From the human T2T-CHM13v2.0 reference genome, Homo sapiens, in assembly GCF_009914755.1 (NCBI RefSeq), contig NC_060926.1: a DNA stretch of 64,000 nucleotides; one strand, written 5' to 3'. Both the position numbers and the translations under genes were made by a program. Each line of letters begins with the position of its first letter. Within the stretch, counting starts at the first letter, position 1. The notes under the pieces are model-generated. The model searched no databases. It was not told where the DNA came from and saw only the letters and a list, made by a program, of their open reading frames with translations. Of the stretch, positions 1 through 13,533 are shown piece after piece.

Positions 1-809
1 GGTGAAGGAATTATGAAGGAATAATTTAAAAAGAAAAATTAGCTTTACCAGTATAAGCTTTACCTGAATTACTGAATTTAAACTTCAGAGCACATATTAA
101 AACCAGGGGCCCAGCTAGTAATGGCAGGAGATAGATTTGTGTTGGGGATGGAATGGGGTGCAAGGCAAGTAAAATAAAGTTGTCTGTGTAAGATTTTTAT
201 TAGAGATGATATGCCTGGGACTCATGACCTAGAAAGAAATCAGTCTTGATGCCAAGGGCAGCCCTTGGTTATGTTAGTTATTTTGAAATTGGGGCTGGTT
301 GTTCTAACTGTTTAGTACCAAGCAGTGTCACTGAAGTACTTTAGCTTTTCCCAGCCACAATTTATTAGATATTTGAAATCCAAATGTTCCTCAGTCCCGT
401 TGCAACCTATTTTTATCTCAGCTGATGTCGCAATTTTGTTCTTATAGACCTGTCAAAGACATTTTTTAAGGTTGTAGCATACTTTCAAGTTCTTCATGTT
501 ATTTCTTATACCCTTACATATTTTTACTCTGAATTATATACTTTTAAGTGTTTGTCATATGTGTGATTTTTACAAATCTTCACACAAGTCTTCTGTTTAT
601 TATGTTTCTGTGTTAACTTTCCTCATTATATAATATGATATAGCTTTCTTTCTTCTTGTGTGTGTGTAATGAGATAAATGTGCATGTGAAAGAGACAGAG
701 ATAAACAATCAAATCATTGGAATAGTTTGGATTCTCATGTTATTGCTGAACTCAATATATCTGGTAAAAACAGATATATTTAGAGAAAGGTTGATTTTAC
801 TTATTTATT

Positions 810-1016
810 TTTTTTTTTTTTATTATACTCTAAGTTTTAGGGTACATGTGCACATTGTGCAGGTTAGTTACATATGTATACATGTGCCATGCTGGTGCGC
901 TGCACCCACTAATGTGTCATCTAGCATTAGGTATATCTCCCAATGCTATCCCTCCCCCCTCCCCCGACCCCACCACAGTCCCCAGAGTGTGATATTCCCC
1001 TTCCTGTGTCCATGTG
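810..1016 (-). mobile_element. 5'-truncated L1HS (Ta subfamily) 3' UTR fragment with poly(A) tail and 18-bp TSD
   Basis: The minus strand reads ...GCTAGATGACACATTAGTGGG... (Ta-diagnostic ACA) and ...CCCTAAAACTTAGAGTATAATA (diagnostic G), followed by poly(A). TGATTTTACTTATTTATT is duplicated at 792-809 and 1017-1034. Confidence 0.95.
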
Positions 1017-1062
1017 TGATTTTACTTATTTATTGATAAGATTCTCTTAATGTATTGAAGAG

Positions 1063-1139
1063 AAAAAAATGACATATTGTCAACTAAAAAAAAAATGACA
1101 TATTGTCATTTCTAAAAAAAAAATGACATATTGTCAACT
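1063..1139. repeat. Three tandem copies of A(n)TGACATATTGTCA (~26-28 bp period)
   Basis: Directly visible. The core TGACA-TAT-TGTCA is itself an inverted repeat. Confidence 0.9.
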
Positions 1140-1199
1140 CCTCTTCCCATTTCCCGCAGCTGCCTTTCCAAACTCTCTACGTCCATTGTTCAACATCTG

Positions 1200-1620
1200 A
1201 TTCAGTTTGAATTGTGCCCCTGATTTTATGTGTTGAAATGCTAATCCCCAGTCTCTCAGAATCTGATCTTATTTGGAACTAGAGTTACTGAAGAAGTAGT
1301 TAGGATGAGGTCATAGTGGAGTAGAATGGGCCCCTAATCCCATATGTCTGGTGTCTTCATAAAAGAATGTGAGGAAAAGAAACAGACACATGCATAGGGA
1401 GAATGCCCCACACAGACTGGAGTCATGCTACTACAAGACAAGGAACTACCAGAAACCAGGAGGAGACTTTGAACATATCCTTCCCTAGCCCCTTCTGAGG
1501 GAGCATGGCCCTGCCAACGCCTTGATCTCAACTTCTAGCCTCCAGAACCATGAGACATTAAAGTTTCTGAAGCCACTCAGTTAGTGATACTTGGTTACAG
1601 TGGCCCTAGCAAAGGAATAG
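1200..1620 (+). mobile_element. MaLR solo LTR, MLT1B-like
   Basis: Typical MLT1 motifs: GGATGAGGTCATAGTGGAGTAGAATGGGCCCCTAATCC, GAGGGAGCATGGCCCTGCCAACGCCTTGATCTC and CTTCTAGCCTCCAGAACCATGAGAC. Confidence 0.8.
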
Positions 1621-3479
1621 AGCATGTAACCAAGATTCCTACAGAAGTCAACAGGTAGAAACCAACTCATCTACTTCCCCTTTTCCTGGCTATAAAAACA
1701 TCTATAGCTTCACCTGTTTTTTCTTCCTGTTTGAGTGTATGTGTTAATCCCTCTATCCCATGCAAACCTATCCACCAATGCTCTTGATCCCATCTTTGCC
1801 ATCATTTCTATTCCCTGCCTGTTATATAATTCTTTGAATTATATATCATCAATTTCTTAACCTGTGTTAAACCACATCCCTCGGCTCCTAACCATGCTCA
1901 AGTTTTTCCATATTTAGAAGCTGGAGAGAGTGACGAATACTTGCTGCTTCCTCTTTCTTTGCACTTAAATCTGGTTTTCATCCTTCTTACCTACGGAACT
2001 TATTACCCCAAACATTAGCTAGTACAAACCAATTTTAACCATCATCATTATTTTTAGTTTAATTTTTGGCCCCAAATAGATCTTTAGGAGCCTCTCTCTG
2101 TCTCTCATTTGTTATTATGTATTTTTACTAAAATTATCTTTAGACATACAGGGCTTTGAGCCATACTGCCTAGGGCTTCCCTTTGTAGAGAATATCGAGG
2201 CTGTTCAGTTTCAAAATTTAGGGACCATCTTGGGCTGTCTCTGTTTTCAGCTAAACATGGGTAAGACACAGGCTTCAGAGACATAGGAGGCAGACCGAAG
2301 ACCAAAGATATCATTCTATCCCCTTCCCTTCCCATTCTCTCAGTTGCTAGCTGACTGATGATGTGTCCGTTACATTTTAACACTATCAGCATGTGAATCT
2401 ATCATTCTCCTTCCTTGAGGAAAATCTTTTGACCTAGCTCCCACAATACCACTTGCCCAGGTTCTCTCTTCTAATGGCTACGCCACTTTAGTTTTTTTCT
2501 ACGCCTCATCTGTCATGAACATTTCTAAATCTTTCTTAAGGGAGTATAAGAATCTCTCAGACTCCCCACGATGAGATTTTGTTACCGTCATCAGCCCATT
2601 GAGAATCACTAGCATCTCCAGCTGCTAAGATGTTGCTCAATTTAATTCCTATAATTAGGAATTGAATTTTTAGGACAATTTTGTATTAAGATAATTTTTT
2701 ATTTTGAAATATAACGCAATACAATATTTATAGGATTGTTTAAATTACATTACCCCAGAAAATGAATATTTTCCTGACTTTCCCATTCTAGACGTCTATC
2801 TTTAAATGTTGTCAGTCCTTTTAATTCTACTCTTGAATTTCCTGTTGCTCTTAATTTTCTCGATGGACATTTTCACCTAATTGCAGACATCTACTATTAC
2901 TTACATGCCTATACCTTTAGTAAAATACATCGTTTGCCTCCTGGAATCTATTCCTGACTATCCCCCCACCCTCCCACACTTCCTCTTTGCTATCAAAGCA
3001 AAGATTGATTAGGGTGTTGGCACTCACCCAAGAAGCTAAATGGTGAGAAAAGTGGACTTCATTCCAACCTCACTGATGCAGCATAAAGCAGACTGGTCAT
3101 AGTTGTTTCATTCTCCTTCTATAAATGGGTTTAGGTAGGGGTATGTATCCTAGGCATTCCAATGAGATGACACTGACTCTTTGAGGACACTCAAGAAGAT
3201 TTCCCACTAATAAAGTCAAATTGCAAAGTGGAGTTATAGAAAGATATGGTACTGAATTAAGGTAGGTACTCCACCTTAGGACATTGTGTTCTATAATAAT
3301 AATTCTCTTTATTGTGAAAACAATGTTCTCTGTTGTATCATTACTAGTAGCCAAAAGCTACTGTTCAATAGGCTGCCTTCACCTGAGTTCCAGACCCATA
3401 TTTTCAAGTACTCATTTTCAGTTTGATCCAGAGGCATCACATGAAGCTCATTGTGTTTGCATTAAAATTGTAGTCTATA

Positions 3480-4190
3480 ATGTTCCCACATTGCCAGAAA
3501 CTTGGAGTCATCTCCACCTCATTTACATTGCATTTCCCACGTGACCACTAAGTCCTGTTGATTCAACATGCAAAACATCACTCAAATCTGCCCTCTCCAC
3601 TCTACCTGTAATATTTTTGTTCCCTTGCCACCTAATTGTTGCTTATCTAATCAGTTCTATGTATCATTTTCACAGTTATGCTTCCAACACACTGACAACT
3701 CTTAAAAATGTTTATAAAGAGTATAATATGATCAGATATATTTTATGGTGCATTTTCGAATAAACTATTAATATTTTAATATCTAATTTCTTTATGAGCC
3801 TTCCATTTTTGCTTTACCTCTACACATATTCACATGTATTCTAGCTATAGTTGTGTACTGATCATTCCCTAAATATGCTGTGGGAACATACATGTGTTTG
3901 CTTGCACTGTTCCCTCTGCACATAATGCCTTTTTTTTCTTACTAAACTGATAACATCCATGTTCAGTGGTACCTCTGTAAAGAGCTTTGGGACCCACCCC
4001 ATTCAATTGGAAGTACTATTCTTTTGGAGAGTAGTATTTACTTCTTACTGAAAGTGTATTATGTATCATTTGCATTTTTAGTACTCAAGTGATTATTGCT
4101 TTTTGAATTGTCTTGAAGTTTTGCTGTTAACTCCTGAATAGATCCCAGAATCTCCATTGTTCAAACAAAATGTGATTGAATAAATCTTTA
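3480..4190 (+). mobile_element. Degenerate L2 3' fragments
   Basis: L2-like motifs such as CACTAAGTCCTGTTGATTC and CTGTTCCCTCTGCACATAATGCC, ending in an L2-type TGATTGAATAAAT tail. Highly diverged. Confidence 0.5.
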
Positions 4191-4806
4191 CATTCAGAAA
4201 GCTAAGAAACCATAAGTGAACATATCACATTAATCATTAATATGCATAATGGCTAGCCACCACACTGTGGTTATCATGATCTCATAGTAACCATAAACCT
4301 AGCAGCATCTGGCAAATAGTAGCTCTTCAATAATTTTTACTGAATTAAATTTATCAGATTTCTATTTAAAATACAACACGTTTGTAAAGTTATAAAACTA
4401 TAAAAATGTATTGGTGGAATTAATATGAATATTTGATATTTCTATGCAATTAAATAATCATGTATGAATAAAGATCTTATTTCATTCATTTACTAATTTA
4501 AAATGGGTAGGGTATACTGTACTATTCCTTTTTAGTGATATAATTAATATCATAAGCCATTAAAAAGTGGACAAATATTCAACATTTCTTTTTTTTAACT
4601 ATTTTCTTTGGTTTGGTGTGTTTTCCAAAGAAAAAAGTCCCAATACATATTAGTCGCAAAGATGCTGATGCTGAGTTGAAAACAGCTTCTCTACAGCATG
4701 ACAGGACACCCTTAAGAACTTCCTCCCACTTGTAACTGATGGTGCAGATGCTATATTAAGAAACACTATGGCGATACTCCAGCTATTTGAAGAAATTTTC
4801 CTAGCA

Positions 4807-4995
4807 CAGGTGGTTCTCAAACTTGGATGCTTATCAAAATCACCAGTGGGGCTTTAAAGAAATACAGGTGCCTGGGCCCTAATTATCCAGGGAAGTTAAT
4901 TCCAGTATTCCAGGGTAGTGGAGCACACTTATTTGTATTTTTTTTTTTAATATTCACAGACGGTTCTAATGTGTAGCTTGATTAGAGAACCACTG
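4807..4995. mobile_element. hAT-Charlie MITE, MER5A-like
   Basis: Terminal inverted repeats (CAG)GTGGTTCTC ... GAGAACCACTG around ~190 bp, with an internal MER5-type AAAATCACC...AAATACAGGTGCCTGGGCCC. Confidence 0.75.
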
Positions 4996-5247
4996 TAACA
5001 CCCACTACAGCATGGCCTTCCTTTATAAGTTACTTTCTTTCTTATATAGTCAGAATAAGCACCGCTGCTTATGAGTTTTGTTTCCGTCCATTCCTTTTGG
5101 TGTAATTCACGGGAAGGTCTAGTTTAACAACAACTTTTTTTCTGGATTTTGTCTTTCAAATTTCCTTTCACTCCTTACTCTGAAACCCACAAACCAATCT
5201 CAACTTTGCCCAAATCAGTTCCTCCCAGATAACAGAATGTTACACCA

Positions 5248-5598
5248 CGATATGGTTTCGCTGTGTCCTCACCGAAATCTCAACGTGAATTGTATCTCCC
5301 AGAATTCCCACGTGTGATGGGAGGAACCCAGTGGGAGGTAATTGAATCACGGGAGCCAGTCTTTTCCATGCTATTCTCGTGATAGTGAATAAGTCTCATG
5401 AGATCTGATGGGTTTATTACGGGTTTCCACTTTGCTTTTTCCTCATTTTCTCTTGTTGCCACCATGTAAGAAGTGCTTTTTACCTCCCGCCGTGATTCTG
5501 AGGCCTCCCCAGCCACATGGAAATGTAAATCCAATTAAACCTTTCTCTTCCCAGTCTTAGGTATGTCTTAATCAGCAGCATAAAAACAGACTAATACA
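5248..5598 (+). mobile_element. THE1A-like MaLR solo LTR
   Basis: Starts (T/C)GATATGGTTT and ends CAGACTAATACA. Contains THE1 core GAATAAGTCTCATGAGATCTGATGG and GATTCTGAGGCCTCCCCAGCC. The 5-bp flanks CACCA/CCCCA resemble a TSD. Confidence 0.9.
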
Positions 5599-7069
5599 CC
5601 CCAAGAACACCACCCCAGGCCATCTCTTGCTAGTATTCCCTTTCCTACTTTAGGAACATACAAGACTTCATCATTTGTTATTTTCCTCCTCAGGAACTAC
5701 TTCAGGAGACCTGTCATCAGACAGAAGCCCAGGCATTTCATAGCCATTTTAAGAATGAGAAAGTCATGTAAATCATTGACATTTGAAAAGATAATTCTCA
5801 AATAATAAGAAGAGGTCTGGTTCAGAGACCCAATTTTATCAAAAGACATTTTTGAAGAATTATATATCTGTTTTCTCTTCATCTATGAATACTTGATCTC
5901 TTAATATTAGATTTATTGATCTCTCCATTCTCACCATTTTGAATTCCTAATTATTGGTATTATTATAATGGACAGCAGGATAGTATCAAGTCTAAAATAT
6001 GAAAAATACTTGTATATTCTTAAATTTTTAAAAACCAACATTACCTAAGAAAAATTTAGTTAAGTAATATTTTCTCTACAATCTTATAAATTAAAACCTG
6101 TTCCATATTTTATACATTGCATTTTTTTGACAAAAATAATAACAATTAAATTTAAAATTGGCATAGCTGCTTTCCTGAGTTAAATATAGAGCTTCTAAAT
6201 CTTCACAGAAACAATTATGCATATCCAACTACCTCAGCAAAGCCTTTGACATAGCTATTGTAATCACTCAGATTCAAAAATGTTGAATTCACTAATTATT
6301 ACAAAGCATCACGTTTTCCTAATAAAAGGCAAAAATAAAGATTCCTAACCCATTGTAATACCTTTATTGTATATTCTGCAATACAAATGGGCACTATACA
6401 ACTCCACAGATTTTTAAAAAATTATAAGGATGCATTGATACCCAGGAACTGGGTTTGCTAATTTGGCATTGATGTTGGGTCACACAGAGGACTATGTGTA
6501 ATTATGACCTGAATGACAAAAAGGCTCGTTACTGCTGATGGGCATCAGACCTTTTCTTTATTCACGTTCATAAATGCCTGAAGTGCAGAAATGGTCAAAA
6601 CAAAGACAGACAAAAACCCCAGGGCTATTGTGAATTCTGAATTCCTGAGGAAAAACAACAGAAAAGAGATTTAGTTTGGATTCACTTCCATGCTGCATTC
6701 TCTCTGAGAAAGCCTAGCGTTCTGAGTTCATCTGGTGTAGTGGTTTCAGCCACTGTCATAGCCTCTAGGGAATGCTGAGAAATGAGTCACAAAGACAGAA
6801 CACCATGCACATTCTGCCGTTTTTAAGTCTGGTTTAGAACTTTAGAGGGACACAGCTGCAGACACACAGCAGGTAGAGAATCACTTAAGGGATAATGAAA
6901 AGAAGCAGGATAATAAGTTTATAGGGAGAGAAAAAATTTGGAACCTGAGGTGAGAGCCTGGAGTGACAACAAAGCCTGGAAGAGTAAAAGAAACATAATA
7001 CTTAAATTCTACTTTAAAATTCCCAATCTGGAAGTAGCAGGATCCATAAGCTATTCCTTACAATTAAAA

Positions 7070-7240
7070 GATGGGACAATCTGGTTCAGGGGAAATGTAC
7101 TCTCTGAGTGCAAACATCTGATTTCCAGTTCCTGCCCAGTCGCTGCATTGTTTGTGACTTTAAGAAAGTTGCTTATTCTCTTTAGGTCTCATCCTTAAAA
7201 TGAAAATGGTAGACTAGAGGCTTCAATGATGTATTTTTTA
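7070..7240 (+). mobile_element. MIR-family SINE fragment
   Basis: Core-like TGTGACTTTAAGAAAGTTGCTTATTCTCTTTAGGTCTCA...TAAAATG. Confidence 0.5.
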
Positions 7241-7430
7241 CAGGTCTAAACGTTTATACATTATTACCCTAAACATTTTTTTTAAGAGCTGTGCAGAGAA
7301 ACAAATCAGAACATGTATAAGATAATAGCTGCAGGCTTGTAGCAGAAATGTAGAGTGGCCTCAGGGATTTCCTGTTAGCTCCTCTGAAGCTTGGTGTGAG
7401 CTCCTGGATTGTTCCAAATCAGTGATAGAA

Positions 7431-7448
7431 GGCGCCACCTAACGAGGC
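7431..7448 (-). promoter_or_regulatory. Candidate CTCF motif
   Basis: The minus strand reads GCCTCGTTAGGTGGCGCC, matching the 3' part of the CTCF core CCASYAGRKGGCRS. CpGs are retained in a CpG-poor context. Confidence 0.45.
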
Positions 7449-8402
7449 AGCTATTCCATATCTGGAGTGCTCTTATGTTTAAGGGATATTCATCTTCTAG
7501 TAGTTTCTACTAGATCCAGTTCTATTCTCAAAATAATATTAAAAAAATAAATTCCCTCTTCAATTATTTAAAGCAACATTTTTGATCTTAAGTTTCATCT
7601 TATTGAGGCTATAAATATCCTTGTCTCTTTCAGCTATTGCTCATTTACATGATGTCTGAACTTGAGAGCATAAGGACTGCAGACTTCTAAGCACGTTCAG
7701 GTTGTTGGCATCGGTTTTAAATGGTGATGCCTTGAATGCAATGATACAGTGGGTTTGGTCCCCGATGTAATTGGAGCCTTAAATTTTAAATAATTCTGTA
7801 TGAATTAGGACTAAAGATGCAACAAGAAACTTTAGCTTCTAAGCTCAGCTGCTAACAAACTCAAAGTATTAATAATGAGGTGGAGCTACATAAAATTGCT
7901 GATATTTGGTACATTTAGTTCTCAAGAACTGACTGATTATACAAAAACAGTAATAGCAATAGTGAAAAACTAGAGGGTCAGGCACTGTTCTAAGTGTTTT
8001 TTATTATTTATGTCACTTAACAGAAACTGACAATTTGATAAAACAGGTAAGTTTCACTTGACATGGGAGGGGTGGTTCTTAGGGGAAGCCCTTTTAGTGA
8101 ATGTAGGCAGATCTGCAGTTTAATTTCCTTTGGACAGCGTTTATTCCTCTACGATCTCCAGGGCTGATTTTATCACAACCATCTATTATCCTTTGTAACT
8201 TTTTCTATTAGGCAAAACCACCAAGTGATATTCTATACTTCTTATTTGTATGTATTTCCTCTCCATCTTTCACTTAAGCAAGATACAGCATTTTTATCAG
8301 TTTTGGTGTTCATCTAATCATTTTATATTGAATAGTAGAAAAGACTGGAGCGCAGTGGCCTTGTTGCTAAAACATTAAATGAAATCTAGGCCAATCATTG
8401 TA

Positions 8403-8483
8403 TTTTCCTTGCTCATGTTTTTCTTGCTCAAGTTTTCCTTGAGCTCATGTTCTTCTTGCTCATGTTTTCCTTGCTCAAGTTTT
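8403..8483. repeat. ~15-bp unit minisatellite, 5 copies (TTTTCCTTGCTCAWG)
   Basis: Directly visible tandem units, with substitutions and one 2-bp insertion. Confidence 0.9.
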
Positions 8484-11400
8484 AAGTCACAATACACCAA
8501 GAGCCCATGAAAAGAAATGATTCACACCTGAAGACTTCCATGCACCAACATTTCTGACACAGCCACATTTTCTCCCCCTTTCTTGGCACTATCCCCACAG
8601 CTCATCATGAAAAGTGAGTTTTTATTATGGCAGAGGAAAATTTAACTGGGAATAATTATGAAATGTGTAATAATTGAAATTTTTTTCATGATAAATTGCC
8701 TTGGTCAAAATATACCTCAGTGAGCCAGGCTGGAGATAGCCACAGATGGCTCCTCCCCATTGCATATTAACATTATAACGTAAGTGTAAAATAACTCATC
8801 AAATCCTGTGATCCTAGGAGCCACATTAATTTCTGCCATCTCCATATTATCTCGGGACCTTATAGAAAATACTGTGATGTATGGATGTGTCTCTGTGTGA
8901 CAGATCACTGATACTGGAAACAGTATTTAGAATGTTCTGGTCCTGAAAACAGAAAAAAACAGAATAGATCCTAAGAAATGATGGTCACTTTATAATGCTT
9001 AAATTAAAATAAGGCAGTAAATACAGCCCCTACCCAAACACAAACTAAACAGAATTCCTGGGGTAGATGGGAATAGTGTGTTTGTGTGATGGGGATTGTC
9101 TCATTGCATTTATTAGAGCAGTTGGATGTGGGGATGACTAGTGGGTCAGGGAAAAGTAGAAGCAACAATATAAACACGTGCTTTTATGAATCAGTGTTTA
9201 GTTCCTTTACATTTGACTTTGCTTCTGTCATTCATCATATTCACTATTTCTCATTGCTTTGTATTATCTAGAAATTTGTCAAAACATATTTTGTATTGAA
9301 GTCATTGCTAAAGTGTTGAAAATGCTTGACCAAATTGGAGCATTTCAGGACATAGATCGAGAGGATGGTGTAGATTTTCATCAATCAATTAAGCAGCACC
9401 ATTTTAAGAAATATACTGTTCAATAAGTCATAACCCCCAACTAATTGTATTGTTTACCATAGTTCCTCCTTTCAGGCTATTATAATCCATTACATTAATT
9501 GCTGATATGAAGATAATGAATTGATATAGTGTGTCTTCCCAACATTTCCTCTCTTCCCCAGAGTACACTAGTACCATAAAGAATGAAATGAGATTGGATT
9601 AGAATATATTTTTAACTTGTCTATATGTTTGGTGAACATAATCTGGTTTCTAATGATTGACTTAATTTTTTTTAATGCTTGCTGCTATCCACTTAATAAT
9701 CAAAATGTTTGCCTAATACTATGCTTAAAATACTTTCCATTTTTGAAAAATCAAAAAATGTCCATGTTTCCAGTCTTCTATAGCATCTGTTTGCTATCAT
9801 TTTTAAAAGAGAAAAATGATTCTGAAATAATATTTGCACATTCCGGGAGGTAAATTTATCCTAGAGAGGAGGCATACAATCATTTAGAGGAACTCTGAGC
9901 TCTCATACAATCCCTTATCTCTTTTTTAGTTCAATTTCCTCATCAGTTTTAATTCTGCCTCTATCATTTGGAGACTTATTCTTCTTGATAAAGATGAAAA
10001 CAAAATAGGAAAAAATAAGGTATGGGTTATCCCATGGAATGAAAAGTACACGGTTTTAAATGCAGTCTAGAAAATGCATGCTAAAAACAGTACTGAGGTT
10101 TTTTTTTTTTTTTAATAGCTAGTTCAGTTTGGTCTGAAAGCAAGACAAAAAAAGTCCACAAATAATGTTTTTATTAAATAGCCTTTGTCTATGAGTGATT
10201 CATGTCTATTAAAATGCCAATCACATTTTCAAAGGAAATGGAAGACTGAACTATTTAGCCTGGCAGTCCAAATGAGGTAAACCTATTTTTTTTTTCTTTT
10301 CAAAATGGATTGACTTGCATTGTAGCTAATTGACAGCCAAGACATATAGGACAGAAGTAATGCAATTTTTAGTTGTGTAACTGCTAAGACTTAAGTCCAA
10401 AGATTTTAGGGAGTAGCTATCAACCTCAGCACTTTGGCTATTCTCTCTGGCACTATCATTTATGTTGAGTCCAGTGAAACGTTTCTAAAAACTTGAATGT
10501 TTCAGCAATTCGATTATCACTTCTACTGAGGTATTTCCTTAGCCTGGAAAAACATAATTGTAAATATTATGGAACCAGTGCCTTTTTTTTTCTTTTCTGA
10601 TTTATTTCCTCCCTGGACTCATGTATTTTCATAGTTGAATTCTCATACTTTTAATTAAGGCTCCAAGTTTGAGAAGAAGATTTGTAACTTGCCTTTGGTA
10701 GTAGGTTGTAGAGACCTGTTAGTGACAAGGAAGCCATTATCATTATACAAAAGCTTCAAGGAGCACATGGTCATTCCAAGCCACAACCATAGCTGACTAG
10801 TTAGTCATGTGGAAGCTGGCACTGAATTTAGGTAAGCAAGATGACCTTTCATTAGAATTAATGTAGAAAAGAGGTGTAAAGAAAAGCAGTTATGTAGAAA
10901 GTGTATACATGAAAAGCATTTTTAAAAAGGGCAATAATTTTGGCTGAGGCAATGCTTTTTGAAAACCGTATTTATGAATGAAGAAACAAACCCTAGATAT
11001 GCAGAGAAAAACAACAACAAAAAAGCCTTTTTTGCTTGTTTTATGTTTTCATTTGCTTTGAAACTCAAAGAAGTTATTTTTCAAGCACATATTTTGGCTA
11101 TTGACAAAGGCTAAACTCTATAGGAATTGAAGAGCTTTAAGAATTACTAGGATGAACTTTTGTTGTACTGGCTTGTATTTTAAGGATTTTAATTTTCATT
11201 AACACAGTTCACTGGGAAGTAGGAGAGACACAACCTGAAATTTAGTGATTAAGAAGACATAAAATCCAAAAGGTTACTTTTGCAAAGGTATTATGTGGAT
11301 TTCATATTATGTATTTCTCAGAACTTCTCAGCACAGTTTTTAAATTTAAAATAAGCTTATTACACATGTCTTAAACTTCAGATCATGAACCTGAATTAAA

Positions 11401-13501
11401 AGTAGTCTACACAATTACACTGTGCCTTGTTGTAGGGGAAAAGATGATTATTTTTTATTATGGGTAAAATTAAATAAGTTTTAAATTTTGGATATGACTT
11501 CAAGGCAAATGCCACAGAGGATTTTGTATTTATGCGTTTTTTTCTGTAGTTTTGTCAATAGTTAGTTTCTCCTGCATAATGTGTGCTGTAAGCTAGCCAT
11601 ACGAAATAAACGACTTTGGCCTTAACTGAATGCTACTGTCTGCGGTACATTATAACCCTGGCCTGCTGATAATAAGCCTTACTTGGCAGTAATCTACATT
11701 CAGTGGCATTTGGAAAACTGCAATAATGATGATGAAATTAAAACCCCAGAATTTAAATAGCACATAGGTCAGTGTGCTGTAAAAATGTAGGTAAGAATAA
11801 TGATAACCTCTAAAATGTTTGTGTTCGTTGGTGAAGGCTGAGCTAATTAGGACGGAAAGTTGAAAAACTATTTATTTTCTGAATGTTTCAAGCAGAATGA
11901 CTGGAATAAGTAAAGCAAATTCAGAAGTTTTATCCTCTTAAAACAATAATGCACTCAATAATTCTGTATTTACAACTGTATACCATTTGATCTCTACTGT
12001 CCCAGGTAGTTCTGAATTATGACTTTTTTTGATTTAACTGTTTGTTATTCACAGCAATAAAAAAGGGACAATGTTTCTTCAGCAATCCTGGCAAGGCTTG
12101 CCTTAGCTATATATACTAGGTTCAAAAAGCCTTTCTCAATCTATAGCTGTAAAAACATATTGCCTGGTTAAAAATGTTGAAATGTGTTGGTCTAACCACC
12201 TGAATTCTATCCAAACCCACCATGATTTGGAATTAGTCAAGTGGGAATTTATCCAGGGATAGAAGAATCTAATTTCTTTTCCTTTTTACAGACACACAAA
12301 GAAAGGAGTTGTTATGTCTTTTATTGCTTTTATCAGATGAGATACATTAACCAAATTGAAAAATACCTTCATTCCAGGATTTCTCATTGATTTCTCTATG
12401 AATTGTGATGCTTCAAGAGGGATTTGATTTAAATTGATAGATACATTTATATCAACTAATTTTATTACTTATCATTTTTAGTATCTCCAGGGACACCATT
12501 GTTTTATGTAACCCAATTTGTGAAACACTAACCTCGTGATATTGTTTTCTTTACCTCTACCTAATCATAATCTGTCAAAAACTATATCTTGAATTTTCCT
12601 TGATGCCCACTATTCTGGGTTAACTGGATGTAATTGAAATTCCTTAGCTACACAGTGAATAAAACTGATGGAAAAATGATTTTTCAATATCCAGATACAT
12701 CATATTCTGAAACACAATCCATATAAACTTTGCATTGTTATAATGGTTGTACTGTGTTCAAATTCCTAGTGCATAGAATAATTCCCACTTTCTCAAGTCC
12801 ACCATTATTAAATTAGACTCCTTATGGTATGATAGCAATGACTAGATTGTCATTGGTTACCTTTTATAACTAAATGACAAGTTGAACCTCTATTCAAAGG
12901 TGACATTTCATTTTACACAGAAAGCAGCAATAAAGCATCCCTTTTTTTTAGGATAGTAGGATAGGTCTAAAGAATTTAGAAGAGAAAAAAATAGTGTTTA
13001 TATTTTGGATGTCAGCTGAACAGTTAGTAGACACCAGGTAAGTGGGAGGGAAAGTATATATCATCAGTGTATTTGGTATGATGTCAACAAAAAATTATTA
13101 ACTGTTTCATTGATCAACTTTATTTTTCCTGTGCTGTGAAAATCAGCTGTCAGTCCGTTTTTCAACAGCTCAATGTCTTACAGGTGCACAGTTGTCCACT
13201 AGCTGAGATAGTTTTATTCAAATAATTAGCTTTTTCATTCTTTCAAATTCTCAACAATATTGACATTCGACTGAACAGAGTGAGTAATTTTCTAGGGTCA
13301 TATTTTACCCTTCAACCATATAGAAAAGAAACAGATGTGATTTAGACCAAAAGGCCATAGAATACAATAGGTGAGACATATTTTGAATAAATTAATAATT
13401 ACAAACTTTTCCATAGCCTGGACAATTTGTGAATTAACTACCTCACTAGTAGCCCTAAAATACAACCTCAAACATGTACAATTATCTGAACTATACTTTT
13501 A

Positions 13502-13533
13502 ATCTTCAATAACATATATCTTCAATAACATAT
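13502..13533. repeat. Perfect 16-bp tandem duplication ATCTTCAATAACATAT x2
   Basis: Directly visible. Confidence 0.9.

Noticed and set aside
656-1036. 126-aa ORF
   Set aside because: It reads through the antisense L1 3' UTR and poly(T). This is a known type of repeat-derived spurious translation.
1063-1139. Palindromic short repeats resembling a CRISPR-like array
   Set aside because: There are no unique spacers (only A tracts), no cas genes, and the context is mammalian.
6783-6789. AP-1 site TGAGTCA (also at ~21903)
   Set aside because: Isolated 7-mers are expected several times by chance in 64 kb.
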